Part shown: positions 40,608 to 50,535 of the stretch, one piece after another | How positions within the stretch are numbered: position 1 is the first letter of the stretch | Layout: each line of letters starts with the position of its first letter | NCBI GenBank assembly: GCA_963733095.1 | Contig: CAVTBV010000010.1 | Location: 1-64,000 of the forward strand | Direction of reading: 5' to 3' | DNA: 64,000 nucleotides | Origin: Candidatus Bathyarchaeota archaeon | GTDB lineage: Archaea > Thermoproteota > Bathyarchaeia > Bathyarchaeales > Bathycorpusculaceae | The notes under the pieces: model-generated | What the model saw: only the letters and a program-made list of their open reading frames with translations | What the model was told of the DNA's origin: nothing | Databases searched by the model: none | Made by a program: the position numbers and the translations under genes

Positions 40608-41073
40608 ATTTTAACCCTCTCTTTTCATCAAACACAGGCTTCACCTTTCTTGGTTCTTCCTCAACAGGCGGGCCTTTTACGAATTCCTGCGGCTTCTGCA
40701 GTTGTTCATTAAGGCTATAGTAAGCTTTGTCGTGAATTGGGCTGAGTTCCAAGGCATTAACAGGGCAAATGTCTCGGCAGAAACCGCAGAAAATACACCT
40801 TTGATAATTTATTCCAGGATATTTTTTAGAATCAGATTTATACATTTTTATGGCTCCAGACGGGCAAATGCGGGCGCACATAGTGCAGCTTATGCATCGG
40901 TCATCATACCATTTGAGCATTCCACGGTAGTTGCAACCCAAGTCTTGGGATACTTCTGGAAACATCAGGGTTGCCCGAGGAAAGAATAGGTACTTTATTC
41001 CCATCCACGTGGCTTCAAGGTAACCAATAACGTCCATTCCTAACAGTTTCCGACGGTTTTTAGGTTTGGCCAT
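40594..41073 (-). CDS. nuoI: Complex I subunit I (2x[4Fe-4S])
   Basis: YRG..CISCTMCARICP..CIFCGFCRDICP. Confidence 0.92.
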   Translation of the reverse strand: MAKPKNRRKLLGMDVIGYLEATWMGIKYLFFPRATLMFPEVSQDLGCNYRGMLKWYDDRCISCTMCARICPSGAIKMYKSDSKKYPGINYQRCIFCGFCRDICPVNALELSPIHDKAYYSLNEQLQKPQEFVKGPPVEEEPRKVKPVFDEKRGLKYDST

Positions 41074-42111
41074 TTAGAGCACCCCCAGTCCGACTAAGAC
41101 AAGAGAAAGAATCACTGATAGTATAGACAGCACAAAAAGTCTATGCCATCCAAGTTTCAATGCCTGGTCAATGCGGAACCTGCCAAAAACAGTTCTCATG
41201 AAAACAGCTAAAGCCATAACTACCCCAGCTTTAATCAACACAACGAGTCCGGACAATATCGGGCTAGCATTTATTGGCCAAATTAGAGGGTTCCAACCGC
41301 CTAAAAACACTTCAGAGAAGAATAAGCTATACACATAGAGTTTGATGTAAGGTGCACCTAAACAGAATATGAAGAATATTCCGCTATATTCAGTGTAGGG
41401 ACCAACTACAATTTCGCTTTCTGCTTCAGAAATATCAAAAGGAAAACGTGACGAAGTCATGAGCAAAGCGCCAAAGAATACAACTGCCGCCAAGGGATTT
41501 ATAATGAACCCCCACTCAATGCCGGTCTGCTGTTGCACAATTTGAATCAAGCTTAAGCTATTATACGCAACAGCCATAGCAAGAACAGATAGGAACATTG
41601 GAATTTCATAGCTCATAACCAAGTATCCTTCTCGCAGACTGCCTATGAATGAATACTTGTTGTTACTTGACCAACCGATAATAATGACCACAAGGGGAGC
41701 CAGCGTTGCTAACGTAGGTACCAAGAGCATTGTTAGGTCGCTATGAACTGCCGCGTAGGTGCTGCTGATAGGTATAGCCACAACGGGCAACAATGTTAAA
41801 GTAAAGAGCATAATTGGAGCAATAACGAAGACTTTCTTGTCAGAAGCTCTTGGAATGATGAACTCTTGAAAGAGATACCTAATCAGATCAGCCATCAGCT
41901 GTATGACCCCGCCTAAAGGTTTCAAGATATAGTAGGGACCATAACGCATCTGGACTTTCGCTGTAAGTTTCCTTTCAAACCATATCAACCCTAGAAGAAC
42001 TATCAATACCGTTATCAAACCAGGGAAAATAAGTGGAATAAAAAATGCCGGTGAAATAATGAAATGCCATATAGTTAGAATTATTTGCCAAATAGTTGCA
42101 ATTGGATCCAT
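41074..42111 (-). CDS. nuoH: Complex I subunit H
   Basis: ERKLTAKVQMRYGP, SNNKYSFIG..SYE, RFPFDISEAESE, RFRIDQ. Confidence 0.93.
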   Translation of the reverse strand: MDPIATIWQIILTIWHFIISPAFFIPLIFPGLITVLIVLLGLIWFERKLTAKVQMRYGPYYILKPLGGVIQLMADLIRYLFQEFIIPRASDKKVFVIAPIMLFTLTLLPVVAIPISSTYAAVHSDLTMLLVPTLATLAPLVVIIIGWSSNNKYSFIGSLREGYLVMSYEIPMFLSVLAMAVAYNSLSLIQIVQQQTGIEWGFIINPLAAVVFFGALLMTSSRFPFDISEAESEIVVGPYTEYSGIFFIFCLGAPYIKLYVYSLFFSEVFLGGWNPLIWPINASPILSGLVVLIKAGVVMALAVFMRTVFGRFRIDQALKLGWHRLFVLSILSVILSLVLVGLGVL

Positions 42112-43278
42112 TTACCTGTCAGCCTCCGGTGGGAAATAGTCCAGACTACCATAGACCGCAGGTGCGTCAGCCAGTCTTTGACCTATGAGCGCCGCCTTGT
42201 AACCCGCGACATTTTTAAATGAAGGGGTGATCATACGCAACCGGTAAGGTTGAGGGCTTCCATCACTGACAATGTAATAGAAAAGCTCGCCGCGGCTTGC
42301 TTCAACTCGGGAAATTGCTGTTCCTTTTGCAGGTTTTAAAGCCGTAAACAATGCAGGGAATCTGAGAATACCTGTTTGGTCAACAAGTTCCTTCATCTTT
42401 GGATTAATAGTTTTCATGTATTTATCAGCGAAGTATGGACCATCAGGAATTTTGTCAAGGATTTGCCTTACAATTCTGATGCTTTGTTTCATTTCTTCTC
42501 GTCTAACAAGAAGCCGAGCGTAACAGTCTCCTGCCTCTTCGGTAATAAGATCAAAGTCTATTTCGTTGTAGGCGCAGTAAGGCTCTATTTTTCTGACATC
42601 ATAAGGAACGCCTGAACCTCTCAGGTTGGGACCTACAATACCGATTTTTGCTGCTTCAGTTTTGGAGATAACTCCTACTCCTTTTAGACGGGCAATGGTA
42701 ACTGGATTATTAACAAAGAGTTTATCGTAGTCTATCAGGCGCTTTTCGAAGTAACTGAAAACTTTAAGCACGTTGTTTTTAAAATCAGCAGGGAAATTTC
42801 GCCTTACACCTCCTGGAACAATGTAAGCATATGTTAATCTGGCACCTGTCAATTGCTGTGACAGTTCCAAAAAGGGCTCTCTATCCTGAAAAGCCCATTC
42901 AAACATGGTTGAAGAGCCGATCATGTTTCCGAAAATGCCAAGACCGTAAAGGTGACTATGGATTCTATTAAGTTCACACAATAACATCCGCAGGTATTGA
43001 GCTCTAGGAGGAACTTCAACATCCAACAATTTCTCCAAAGCTAAAATATAACCTAAGTTATGGTTTGACGAATCTGCCAGTGCAGGCCTTTCTACAAGCG
43101 GAATTATTTGCAGGTAAGTTTTTGTTTCAGCTATTTTTTCAACTGCGCGATGAACATAACCTATGTTAGGTTCAAACCTTATGATAATGTCGCCGTCCAC
43201 TTCAGCAATGAGCCTCATGTGACCCGAGCCAGGGTGCTGCGGACCAATTAAGAGTTCAACTGTTTCGCCACCACTCAA
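42112..43278 (-). CDS. nuoD: Complex I subunit D (no NiFe ligands)
   Basis: GPQHP, GYVHR, ELNRIHSHL, GPNLRGSG, C-terminal SLDYFPPEADR; no CxxC. Confidence 0.92.
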   Translation of the reverse strand: MSGGETVELLIGPQHPGSGHMRLIAEVDGDIIIRFEPNIGYVHRAVEKIAETKTYLQIIPLVERPALADSSNHNLGYILALEKLLDVEVPPRAQYLRMLLCELNRIHSHLYGLGIFGNMIGSSTMFEWAFQDREPFLELSQQLTGARLTYAYIVPGGVRRNFPADFKNNVLKVFSYFEKRLIDYDKLFVNNPVTIARLKGVGVISKTEAAKIGIVGPNLRGSGVPYDVRKIEPYCAYNEIDFDLITEEAGDCYARLLVRREEMKQSIRIVRQILDKIPDGPYFADKYMKTINPKMKELVDQTGILRFPALFTALKPAKGTAISRVEASRGELFYYIVSDGSPQPYRLRMITPSFKNVAGYKAALIGQRLADAPAVYGSLDYFPPEADR

Positions 43279-43724
43279 GCGTCGATCCCCTCTGTTTTTA
43301 GTTTAAAGTCTTTCCTTAGCGGAGGGCCCCCTTCGAAGTTGTCCATAAGAAAAAGCCGTCCTTTTAGAGGCAATCCCTCGAACGTAACCCCCATTAGATC
43401 TAATGTTTCTCGCTCAGGGTATTCAGCGCTAGGCCAGATGTCAATCACTGACGCTATTTTTGGGTCTTGGCGATCAATAGATGCCCTTAGCTCAAAAATA
43501 AACGTGACTAGTTCAGCGTTCAAAAATGACGAAATGTGGTAAACGATATCTATCTTCTTTTCTTGTGGTAGGTCGATAGCAGTTACTGACTTAACATGAT
43601 CAAACCCTATAGAATCCAATTTATTTGCAACTTCCAGAATTTTTAAACGATCTACAGTTGCCGATAGACAGGTTGGAGACAATACGTTTATTTCGCTAAC
43701 AAGGCCGTTAAGCTCAACAGACAT
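43275..43724 (-). CDS. nuoC: Complex I subunit C
   Basis: VTAID, ERETLDLMGVTFEG, PLRKDF. Confidence 0.9.
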   Translation of the reverse strand: MSVELNGLVSEINVLSPTCLSATVDRLKILEVANKLDSIGFDHVKSVTAIDLPQEKKIDIVYHISSFLNAELVTFIFELRASIDRQDPKIASVIDIWPSAEYPERETLDLMGVTFEGLPLKGRLFLMDNFEGGPPLRKDFKLKTEGIDA

Positions 43725-43740
43725 CTTAGTTACTAATTCA

Positions 43741-44262
43741 TCAATTTCCAGGATAAGGTGTCCCTCTTTTCCGTATTTTACGCTGGGTCATAATTATTCC
43801 CCGCAGAACACCTTCAGGTCTTGGGGGGCAACCTATAATGAAAGTATCTACTGGTAAAATTTCATGGGATCTAACTATATTGTAGCTGTTCCAGAAGATA
43901 CCGCCGTCAATAGCACATGCGCCCATGGCAATAACGAACTTTGGCTCTGGCATCTGTTGATAGACAACTTTGGCTGCTTCACCCATCTTCTTTGTTAATG
44001 TTCCTTCTATGAATATTACGTTACATTGTCGTGTGCCAACAAACGGAAGAGCCCCGAATCTTTCAGCGTCGTATCTAGGTGCGAAGGCTGCTGCGAATTC
44101 CGCTCCACAACATGCAGTCGTGAAATGAACTGGCCAAAGAGAGTAAGATATACCCCAGTTTCGAATGGAGCTAAATGGCTTTCGCTCCATAAGCTTCCGC
44201 AAGGCTTTTTCGAAGGACAGTATAGGTGTTTTTATTTTTTGGTTTCTCTCCTCATTGTCCAT
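43741..44262 (-). CDS. nuoB: Complex I subunit B
   Basis: ACCGAE, DAERFG, PKFVIAMGAC..GG, GCPPRPE. Confidence 0.93.
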   Translation of the reverse strand: MDNEERNQKIKTPILSFEKALRKLMERKPFSSIRNWGISYSLWPVHFTTACCGAEFAAAFAPRYDAERFGALPFVGTRQCNVIFIEGTLTKKMGEAAKVVYQQMPEPKFVIAMGACAIDGGIFWNSYNIVRSHEILPVDTFIIGCPPRPEGVLRGIIMTQRKIRKRGTPYPGN

Positions 44263-44636
44263 AATCCAACCTTCCTCGCTGAGTCGAGGCCAAAGATAAT
44301 TGGCGGAACAAGCATCGCTAAAATGGCGCCGAACAACTCTACTGTTGGCGCGAACGCTTGATGAGCATCCATGAGCAGCAGAAACCAGTAGATAAAAATT
44401 GGCTCTACGGTTAAAAAGACAACTAGGTAAGCATAATACTGCATAGCAAGGTGGCCTCTTTCATAGGAAGTAGAAGGCTTGTTACCACAGTCAAACTGCT
44501 CATTTTTGAGGGGCAACGATTTAGGCGGTGCCACAGTGCGGCTTATAGCGAAGCCGATAGCACCGAAGCCGATACCCCCAGCCAGCGCCAAAATAAAGGC
44601 GATTAGAGTACTCGGATCAACTACAAGTGTTGACAT
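44232..44636 (-). CDS. nuoA: Complex I subunit A
   Basis: K..QFDCGN, QYY, FLTVE; GGAGGT RBS before ATG 44636. Confidence 0.88.
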   Translation of the reverse strand: MSTLVVDPSTLIAFILALAGGIGFGAIGFAISRTVAPPKSLPLKNEQFDCGNKPSTSYERGHLAMQYYAYLVVFLTVEPIFIYWFLLLMDAHQAFAPTVELFGAILAMLVPPIIFGLDSARKVGLWTMRRETKK

Positions 44637-45021
44637 TGTTAATACCTCCACATATTAAGCTACATGCTAAACCTATCGAAAGCACGATGAATACATAGTC
44701 ATTAAAGGCTTTGACCCCAGTCAACCCTTCTCATCCCCTTATCTGAAACTTAATTAGCTATTAAATTTCGCCCTACCAGCCTAATATGTATTTTGGATTA
44801 TTATTATGAATATTTTAGTAAAAAACATAGTTATTTTTAACGCATTAATTTTAATTTCTGTCTTTAAACGAGACTTAAAAGTGCCGATGACCCCAAAAAA
44901 AATGTTATTTCCCAAAATTATGCCAAAATGCTTTCATTTCTGAGCCCGAAACCTTTTTTGTCACCTCATTGTCATATTTTAAAGAAATGCAAATTTCCCA
45001 CCATTCGGTGAACAACACAAG

Positions 45022-46203
45022 ATGACCGCAGTCGAAAATCAGCAAGCTATTTCTCGTTACCGTTGGACAGTGTTGTTAGCTTCTCTGTTTGCTTTTATAA
45101 TGTATGCGTATTCTCTTCAATCTGTGCCGCCTCTGCTACAGCAATTTCAAGGTATTTTCGGTATAAATGCTGCGACGGCTGGGCTCTTGATGTCTATGGC
45201 CGTTATTCCAGGGATTGTTTTAGCATTGCCAGCAGGAATACTAATTGGCAAGTACAGCTTCCGAAAAATAGGATTCTTGTCAACTTTGACGATTGGCATT
45301 GGCAGCTTGATCATGGCGCTTTCATCAAGCTTTCCAGTGGCCCTGTTGGGACGATTCACAATAGGCTTAGGAGGCGGCTTGCTTTCGGTTGGGACGCCGT
45401 CGATTGTTCCGCAATGGTTTGAGCACAAGGAAATGGGAAGAGCTATGAGTGTTTATGCAGTAGGAATGCCTGTAGGAACGGTAGCGGCATTTTTCACCAC
45501 GCCAATCATAGCTCAAAGTTTTGGTTGGCAATCTCTGTTCTATGTGGGAGCTTTAGTTTCAACACTATCTGCCATATTTTTCTGGGCAATTGTGAGAGAT
45601 GGCCCACTAAAAGGCGATTCAACAGCTAAACTTTCAGATGCTTGGCAAACGCTGACCAAACGTGAAGTCTGGAAAGCGAGCCTCATTTGGATGTTCTTTA
45701 ACATGGTTGCAATTGGGTTTCTAACATGGGCACCTGATCTTTTCGTTACGTTCAAGAGCCTCACACTGGTGAACGCAAGCATTTTTTCGAGTCTAATAAT
45801 GATTTCAATCTTCTTTTTTATTCCCATTTTCGGGTACGCTTCAGATAGGTCGGGAAGACGTAAACCCTTCATAGTCGCCAGTATGACGCTTATGGCGCTA
45901 AGTCTCTACGCTACCACTTATTTGAATGGCGTATCTCTGGCGGCTTCTATCATAATTCTTGGCGCAGTAGCCGCAGGTGTACCACCTCTTGTTATGGCAG
46001 TAACAGCTCAGACTCTACCTCCAAGATTGGCTGGTATGGGCTTTGGTACCGTAACGTTCTGGCAAAACGTAGGAATAGCGCTGATAGCTCCGATAGTGGG
46101 ATACCTTCTAGAAATCACGCGTTCTTTGTCATTGACTTTTCTGGGACTGTCTATTTTTGCGTTGATTGGTGCTATAGTAGCTTTAACGCTTCGCTCGAGA
46201 TAA
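45022..46203 (+). CDS. MFS transporter
   Basis: About 12 TMs, GRFTIGLG, WF..KEMGRA, GYASDRSGRRK. Confidence 0.88.
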   Translation: MTAVENQQAISRYRWTVLLASLFAFIMYAYSLQSVPPLLQQFQGIFGINAATAGLLMSMAVIPGIVLALPAGILIGKYSFRKIGFLSTLTIGIGSLIMALSSSFPVALLGRFTIGLGGGLLSVGTPSIVPQWFEHKEMGRAMSVYAVGMPVGTVAAFFTTPIIAQSFGWQSLFYVGALVSTLSAIFFWAIVRDGPLKGDSTAKLSDAWQTLTKREVWKASLIWMFFNMVAIGFLTWAPDLFVTFKSLTLVNASIFSSLIMISIFFFIPIFGYASDRSGRRKPFIVASMTLMALSLYATTYLNGVSLAASIIILGAVAAGVPPLVMAVTAQTLPPRLAGMGFGTVTFWQNVGIALIAPIVGYLLEITRSLSLTFLGLSIFALIGAIVALTLRSR

Positions 46204-46353
46204 AATGCTCTTTGTTTGAAGTTCCTTACTGTATCTTTGCATAGCTGGCCTTGAGGTTCGTTTGAAAGGCAGACAAAAAATTATTTCAAAAGATAAAATT
46301 TTTGGAGGTTTCTGTAATGCTTAGGGTCAAAATATTGTTGTAAAGTTCTGCTG

Positions 46354-47061
46354 CTATTTTGTAGCCATGTATAATCCAACAATTCCAAAAGAAAGCGGTT
46401 TAAAAGCCTCATCAGTAAAACCTGCGCTCTTGAACATCGACAAAATGTCTTTGGGGACGGGAAAGTTAGCTGCCGATTTTCCAAGATATTTGTAGGCTGG
46501 CTTCCCTCCAGATACCCATCCTCCAACAAGAGGAACGATTCTTAAGCAATAGAAACGGAATAAGCTTCTAATAAGACGGTTTTTTGGCTGACTAGTTTCA
46601 ACGCACGTGAACTTTCCATGCCTTTTAAGCGTTCTCGTTACCTCTTTCAAGTATGCGATAGCCTTAGGATTCCTGTAAATGAGGTTCCGAAAAGAAAAGG
46701 AAATTTTTACGGTATCTACAGATTCATTTTTCAATGGCAAATAAGCGGCATCCGCAATGACAAACGCAAAATTATCCCTGCCTGCCCATTTGCTCTTGGA
46801 TTTCTTAGCGATTGCTTTTGACAACATTTCTTTGCTAAAGTCAAGACCTAATAAGAATGAATCATCATCGAGGTTCTGCATAAGGCTGAAAGAGAGATCG
46901 CCCGTCCCACAGCAAAGGTCAACTACAAAATGTCCATCGGCAGATTCTTTGGCGCAAGCTTTGCGCCAACGCTTATCTAAACCGAATGTCAAAACCTTAT
47001 TGGATAAATCGTAAGTTTCTGCCACTGTGGAGAACATGGGTTTAAGCATAACACTATGCAT
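46354..47061 (-). CDS. ubiE: Demethylmenaquinone/ubiquinone methyltransferase (UbiE/MenG)
   Basis: F..VA..YD.SN..L.FG.D..WR, VDLCCGTGD, DFS..ML, DA..LP, F.FRN, Y.YL..S...FP. Confidence 0.88.
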   Translation of the reverse strand: MHSVMLKPMFSTVAETYDLSNKVLTFGLDKRWRKACAKESADGHFVVDLCCGTGDLSFSLMQNLDDDSFLLGLDFSKEMLSKAIAKKSKSKWAGRDNFAFVIADAAYLPLKNESVDTVKISFSFRNLIYRNPKAIAYLKEVTRTLKRHGKFTCVETSQPKNRLIRSLFRFYCLRIVPLVGGWVSGGKPAYKYLGKSAANFPVPKDILSMFKSAGFTDEAFKPLSFGIVGLYMATK

Positions 47062-47246
47062 CTCGGACTTTCTTGTGAAACAGTTGGTTTTCCGATAATT
47101 TTAGCTAATTCAAGGATATAAATTGTAAGGCTTTTTTATGATAAAATTCATGTAAATTTTTCCTAGAAGTAGACGACAAATCGCCAACGGTTCAACAAAA
47201 TACAGAGGTAAAAAAAAGTACACAAGTATTTTAATAGCGGCAAACA

Positions 47247-48458
47247 CTAAAAACTTACAAAGTTGAATTTAATTATCGAAACCACGCCCCACAGATTAAC
47301 TAGCAAGCTTAGAATTATCAGGCTCTTTTCTTCCCAGCCCAAGTTTTCTCTCATGCCCTTGGCTGCCAGCAACATAAGAAAGGGTGTGAAGTCGAGGCTG
47401 AATCGGTAGCCGAACTGGGTGAAACCTACGGTGCCGTGGGTAATGAGGATGGGCAGGATGCAGACGACGGCTAATGCGGCGTATTTGCTGAGTCTGTTCC
47501 AGGGTCCTTTGAAGATGTAGATGAAGGCTGGAGTGGTAAAGAATAAGCCTAGTCCCATCCAATTGGGTTCGAAGTACGGGAAGTTGCTCAGGAGGATTGG
47601 TCCTTGGAAGAGGATGGCGTAGATGTGGCGTGGGATATAGCTGATGTTAAAGATGCCCTGTTGGAAATATGGGTCTTGCTGGATGCCCGGGATAAGGGTG
47701 TAGCCCAAGTCCGAGAAGACACCCCAGCGACCAAAATTGTAAAGCTCATAGACGCCTAAAAGTAGGCCTAAGCCTACAAGAAAAAAAGCAACTCGCTTTA
47801 ACCTGGGTTTCCAAGTGCTGTTTTGCTCGTAGATTATAAGCAGAAAAAAGGGAAAGGAGAGAACCACGGGGAGCCGTGACAGAAAAGCGAAGCCTAAGAG
47901 CAAGCCAGATAGGAAGGGGCTTTTTTTGTAGAGAGTAAGAATTAAGGCTAAAGTAAGAAAGAGAACAGCGGATACGTGCTCGATGTACCATGAAGAACCC
48001 ACTGACGCCGTGAACCAGAAACATGTTCCAAAACCAAACAACGCCGTCAGCCACAACGCTTTGCTTCCGTTAGCACCAGTCTTCTTGAGCATGAACCATG
48101 TTGCGGCGACGCAAAGAGATGCGAGAAATATGGACATTAAACCTTGGTCAAAGCTGGTGCCGAAGAGTGCCACGAAGGGCAAGAGCAAAACCGCAGGCAT
48201 CGGCGGATAAACCACAAAGTAGTTGCCGTCAAAAGGCACGATTTCGGCAAGTCCTGTTCCTCCACCTGAAACACCTAATCTGCCATGGAGGAAAGCGTCA
48301 GCTAAATAGATAAAGTGGTTCTGCCCAGGAGGCGGACCCTTCGAGAGGGCAAAAACAAGCAAGGCAACAAGCGCAATGATGAGGAGTTTCCAGCGAAGCC
48401 GGAAAGAACTTAATCGAGCCCAAATCTGCGAGATTGCCAGATTAATCTTAGCCATCAT
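47247..48458 (-). CDS. Multi-pass membrane protein, possible GT-C glycosyltransferase
   Basis: About 10 TMs with periplasmic-type loops, YPPMPA, LSRLP, QFGYRF; family call is inference. Confidence 0.6.
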   Translation of the reverse strand: MMAKINLAISQIWARLSSFRLRWKLLIIALVALLVFALSKGPPPGQNHFIYLADAFLHGRLGVSGGGTGLAEIVPFDGNYFVVYPPMPAVLLLPFVALFGTSFDQGLMSIFLASLCVAATWFMLKKTGANGSKALWLTALFGFGTCFWFTASVGSSWYIEHVSAVLFLTLALILTLYKKSPFLSGLLLGFAFLSRLPVVLSFPFFLLIIYEQNSTWKPRLKRVAFFLVGLGLLLGVYELYNFGRWGVFSDLGYTLIPGIQQDPYFQQGIFNISYIPRHIYAILFQGPILLSNFPYFEPNWMGLGLFFTTPAFIYIFKGPWNRLSKYAALAVVCILPILITHGTVGFTQFGYRFSLDFTPFLMLLAAKGMRENLGWEEKSLIILSLLVNLWGVVSIIKFNFVSF

Positions 48459-48574
48459 TGAAACTGTTACCTTTAGAATTTGGAATCTCAGAAACTAATT
48501 AAAGTTTGCAGTTTCCAAATTGTATGGCAAGTTTTTTAAAACACACTGCCTATTATTAATTAGAGGATATCTTG

Positions 48575-48784
48575 ATGGCAACTCTTGAATGCCCATTTTG
48601 TAATGAAATCCTCGAAGTGGAACCGCCCGACCGACTTCATACAGCATTTTCTATTTCTAAACCGCTACCGAAAAGTCTTCATGAGAAAGTCGTTAAAAAA
48701 AACTACAAGTGCCAAAAACCCAACTGCAAAAAACCAATCACTATCTTCTGGTATGCACCGCTTGAATACTTCAACAGACTATAA
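48575..48784 (+). CDS. Small Zn-finger protein
   Basis: CPFC...CQKPNC. Confidence 0.65.
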   Translation: MATLECPFCNEILEVEPPDRLHTAFSISKPLPKSLHEKVVKKNYKCQKPNCKKPITIFWYAPLEYFNRL

Positions 48785-48849
48785 ATTTCATGCGGAAGCA
48801 AGAAGCTTAAAAAGTGAATCGCCCAATAATGCTTTGAGGCTGGTTGCAT

Positions 48850-49062
48850 ATGGATGAAAACGTTCTCGTTACGATTACAGTTAGCCGAAAAAAAGATGAA
48901 ATCGTCTACAAAGTCGACTGCGCTAAAGAAGTTAAGAGCGAAGAATTAGCACACTATTTAGATGAGATAATCGAGGGCATCTGCACTTGGAAACCGGAAG
49001 TCTGTGAAGAAACCATGCAGACAATCGTTGGAACCATCAGAGAAGCGCCCAAGAAAAAATAA
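48850..49062 (+). CDS. Small hypothetical protein
   Basis: About 70 aa, normal composition, TATA-like upstream region. Confidence 0.55.
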   Translation: MDENVLVTITVSRKKDEIVYKVDCAKEVKSEELAHYLDEIIEGICTWKPEVCEETMQTIVGTIREAPKKK

Positions 49063-49147
49063 TTCCATTCAAATAAGCCTGCGCCGACTTGACTTTGGGA
49101 AAATAATTTAACGCTAACTCTTACATTTCAGATTTGCAAGAATTAAA

Positions 49148-50016
49148 ATGTCCAGCAAATCCATAGTAATAATCGGGGCAGGGCTCGCAGGTTTAGCCAT
49201 GGGTTGCTACTCTCAAATGAGCGGGAGAGTTTGCTTTTCGTTCAAAAGTTGGGAAGATAACTAATAAAGATGGTACTACTGTTGGCGTTGTGCTTGAGGA
49301 TGGCAGTGAGCATTTGGGGGATGTAGTTATTTCTGCAGCGGATGGTTATTCCACGATTTTTGGAATGCTGGAAGGAAAATACGTCCACAACAAAATCAAT
49401 GCATACTACAATGATTAACCGAAAAATCAACCTTTCGGACTTGAAGTCTGGTACGGACTTAACATGAAACTCTCAGGTGAACCTCATGCGATAGTGCGTT
49501 TCCTCGACAAACCCGTAACCATAGAAGGAACCGAACGGGATAGGCTCGACATAGAAGTTTTCAACTTTGACCAATCACTTGCGCCCAAGGCAAAACAGTA
49601 ATAAAAGTCGTGATGGATTCAAACAATGAATATTGGAAACCGTTATCTCTTGATGCTGAAAAATACCGTGCTGAAAAACAGAAAGTTGCCGACCAAATCG
49701 CGGAACGGCTGGAAGAGAGGTTTCCAGGATTCCAAAGTCTAATAGAAACCACAGACGTAGCTACGCCAATCTCTGCTGAGCATTGGACCCAGCGTACCGC
49801 GGTTGCCAAGCCTACGGTGCCCCAAAAGAATACCTAAAAGAAGTAACCAAAAACGGCGTGAGCAAAACATTGCCGGGGCTACAGAATTTCTACATGGTTG
49901 GGCAGTGGGCTGGCGGCATAATCGGATTGAACACCGTGTGTTTGATGGGTCGCAATCTCGTTAGGGATCTTTGCAAAAAAGAAGGAAAGAAATTTAAAAC
50001 GAGCACCACGGAATAA
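49148..50016 (+). pseudogene. Phytoene dehydrogenase-like FAD oxidoreductase, deleted and frameshifted
   Basis: MSSKSIVIIGAGLAGLAMGCYSQM start; a large internal deletion; then fragments DVVISAADG, DVATP, LPGLQNFYMVGQW..G in different frames. Confidence 0.8.
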
Positions 50017-50023
50017 ATCAGCG

Positions 50024-50455
50024 TTACTTCGGGGCTCTCTTGAAGTATTCCTTTAAGGGTTCCCAGTAGAATTCAGTCCAACCCTCAGCAGTCTCAGCTT
50101 CTCGGTCCTTAGGAACATTCGAATGCACCATCACGATTTCCGTTCCCTTGGGCACTGCACAGAAATTCAACTCCAGCCTTGAAGGAGAAGCGCCCTCTGG
50201 AAAATCCGTCGATGTCCACTCCTGAACCACCTTTTTTCCTTCTTCAAGCTCTAGAAACTTTCCCGATATGTATCCGTCCCATGCAGTGAATTTGCCGCCG
50301 ACGACTGGTTCGCCAGTGGCTGGACTGTCTGTGAATTCGCTTTGTTTTTCAGGATCTACGTAGGCTTCGTAGACTTCTTTGGGAGTAACTTTTGGTATGA
50401 TAACTTTTTGTTTTATTGTCGCTAATTCGGACTTGTTCAAACCTTCCACGACCAC
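50024..50455 (-). CDS. SRPBCC/AHSA1-domain protein
   Basis: EVYEAY.D, VGGKF.AWDG.I.G...EL......Q.W, GW..FYW.PLK. Confidence 0.85.
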   Translation of the reverse strand: MVVEGLNKSELATIKQKVIIPKVTPKEVYEAYVDPEKQSEFTDSPATGEPVVGGKFTAWDGYISGKFLELEEGKKVVQEWTSTDFPEGASPSRLELNFCAVPKGTEIVMVHSNVPKDREAETAEGWTEFYWEPLKEYFKRAPK

Positions 50456-50535
50456 TAGACTTTAGGTTGGAAGAGCTTTTAACTCTGATGCTACTATTTG
50501 CCATAGCCAGCAACCGATAAAAGAAGGCACTTAAG

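Noticed and set aside
42112-44262. Group 4 [NiFe]-hydrogenase (Ech/Mbh)
   Set aside because: The large subunit lacks both CxxC Ni-binding motifs and the full A/J/K/L/M/N set is present, so it is complex I-like.
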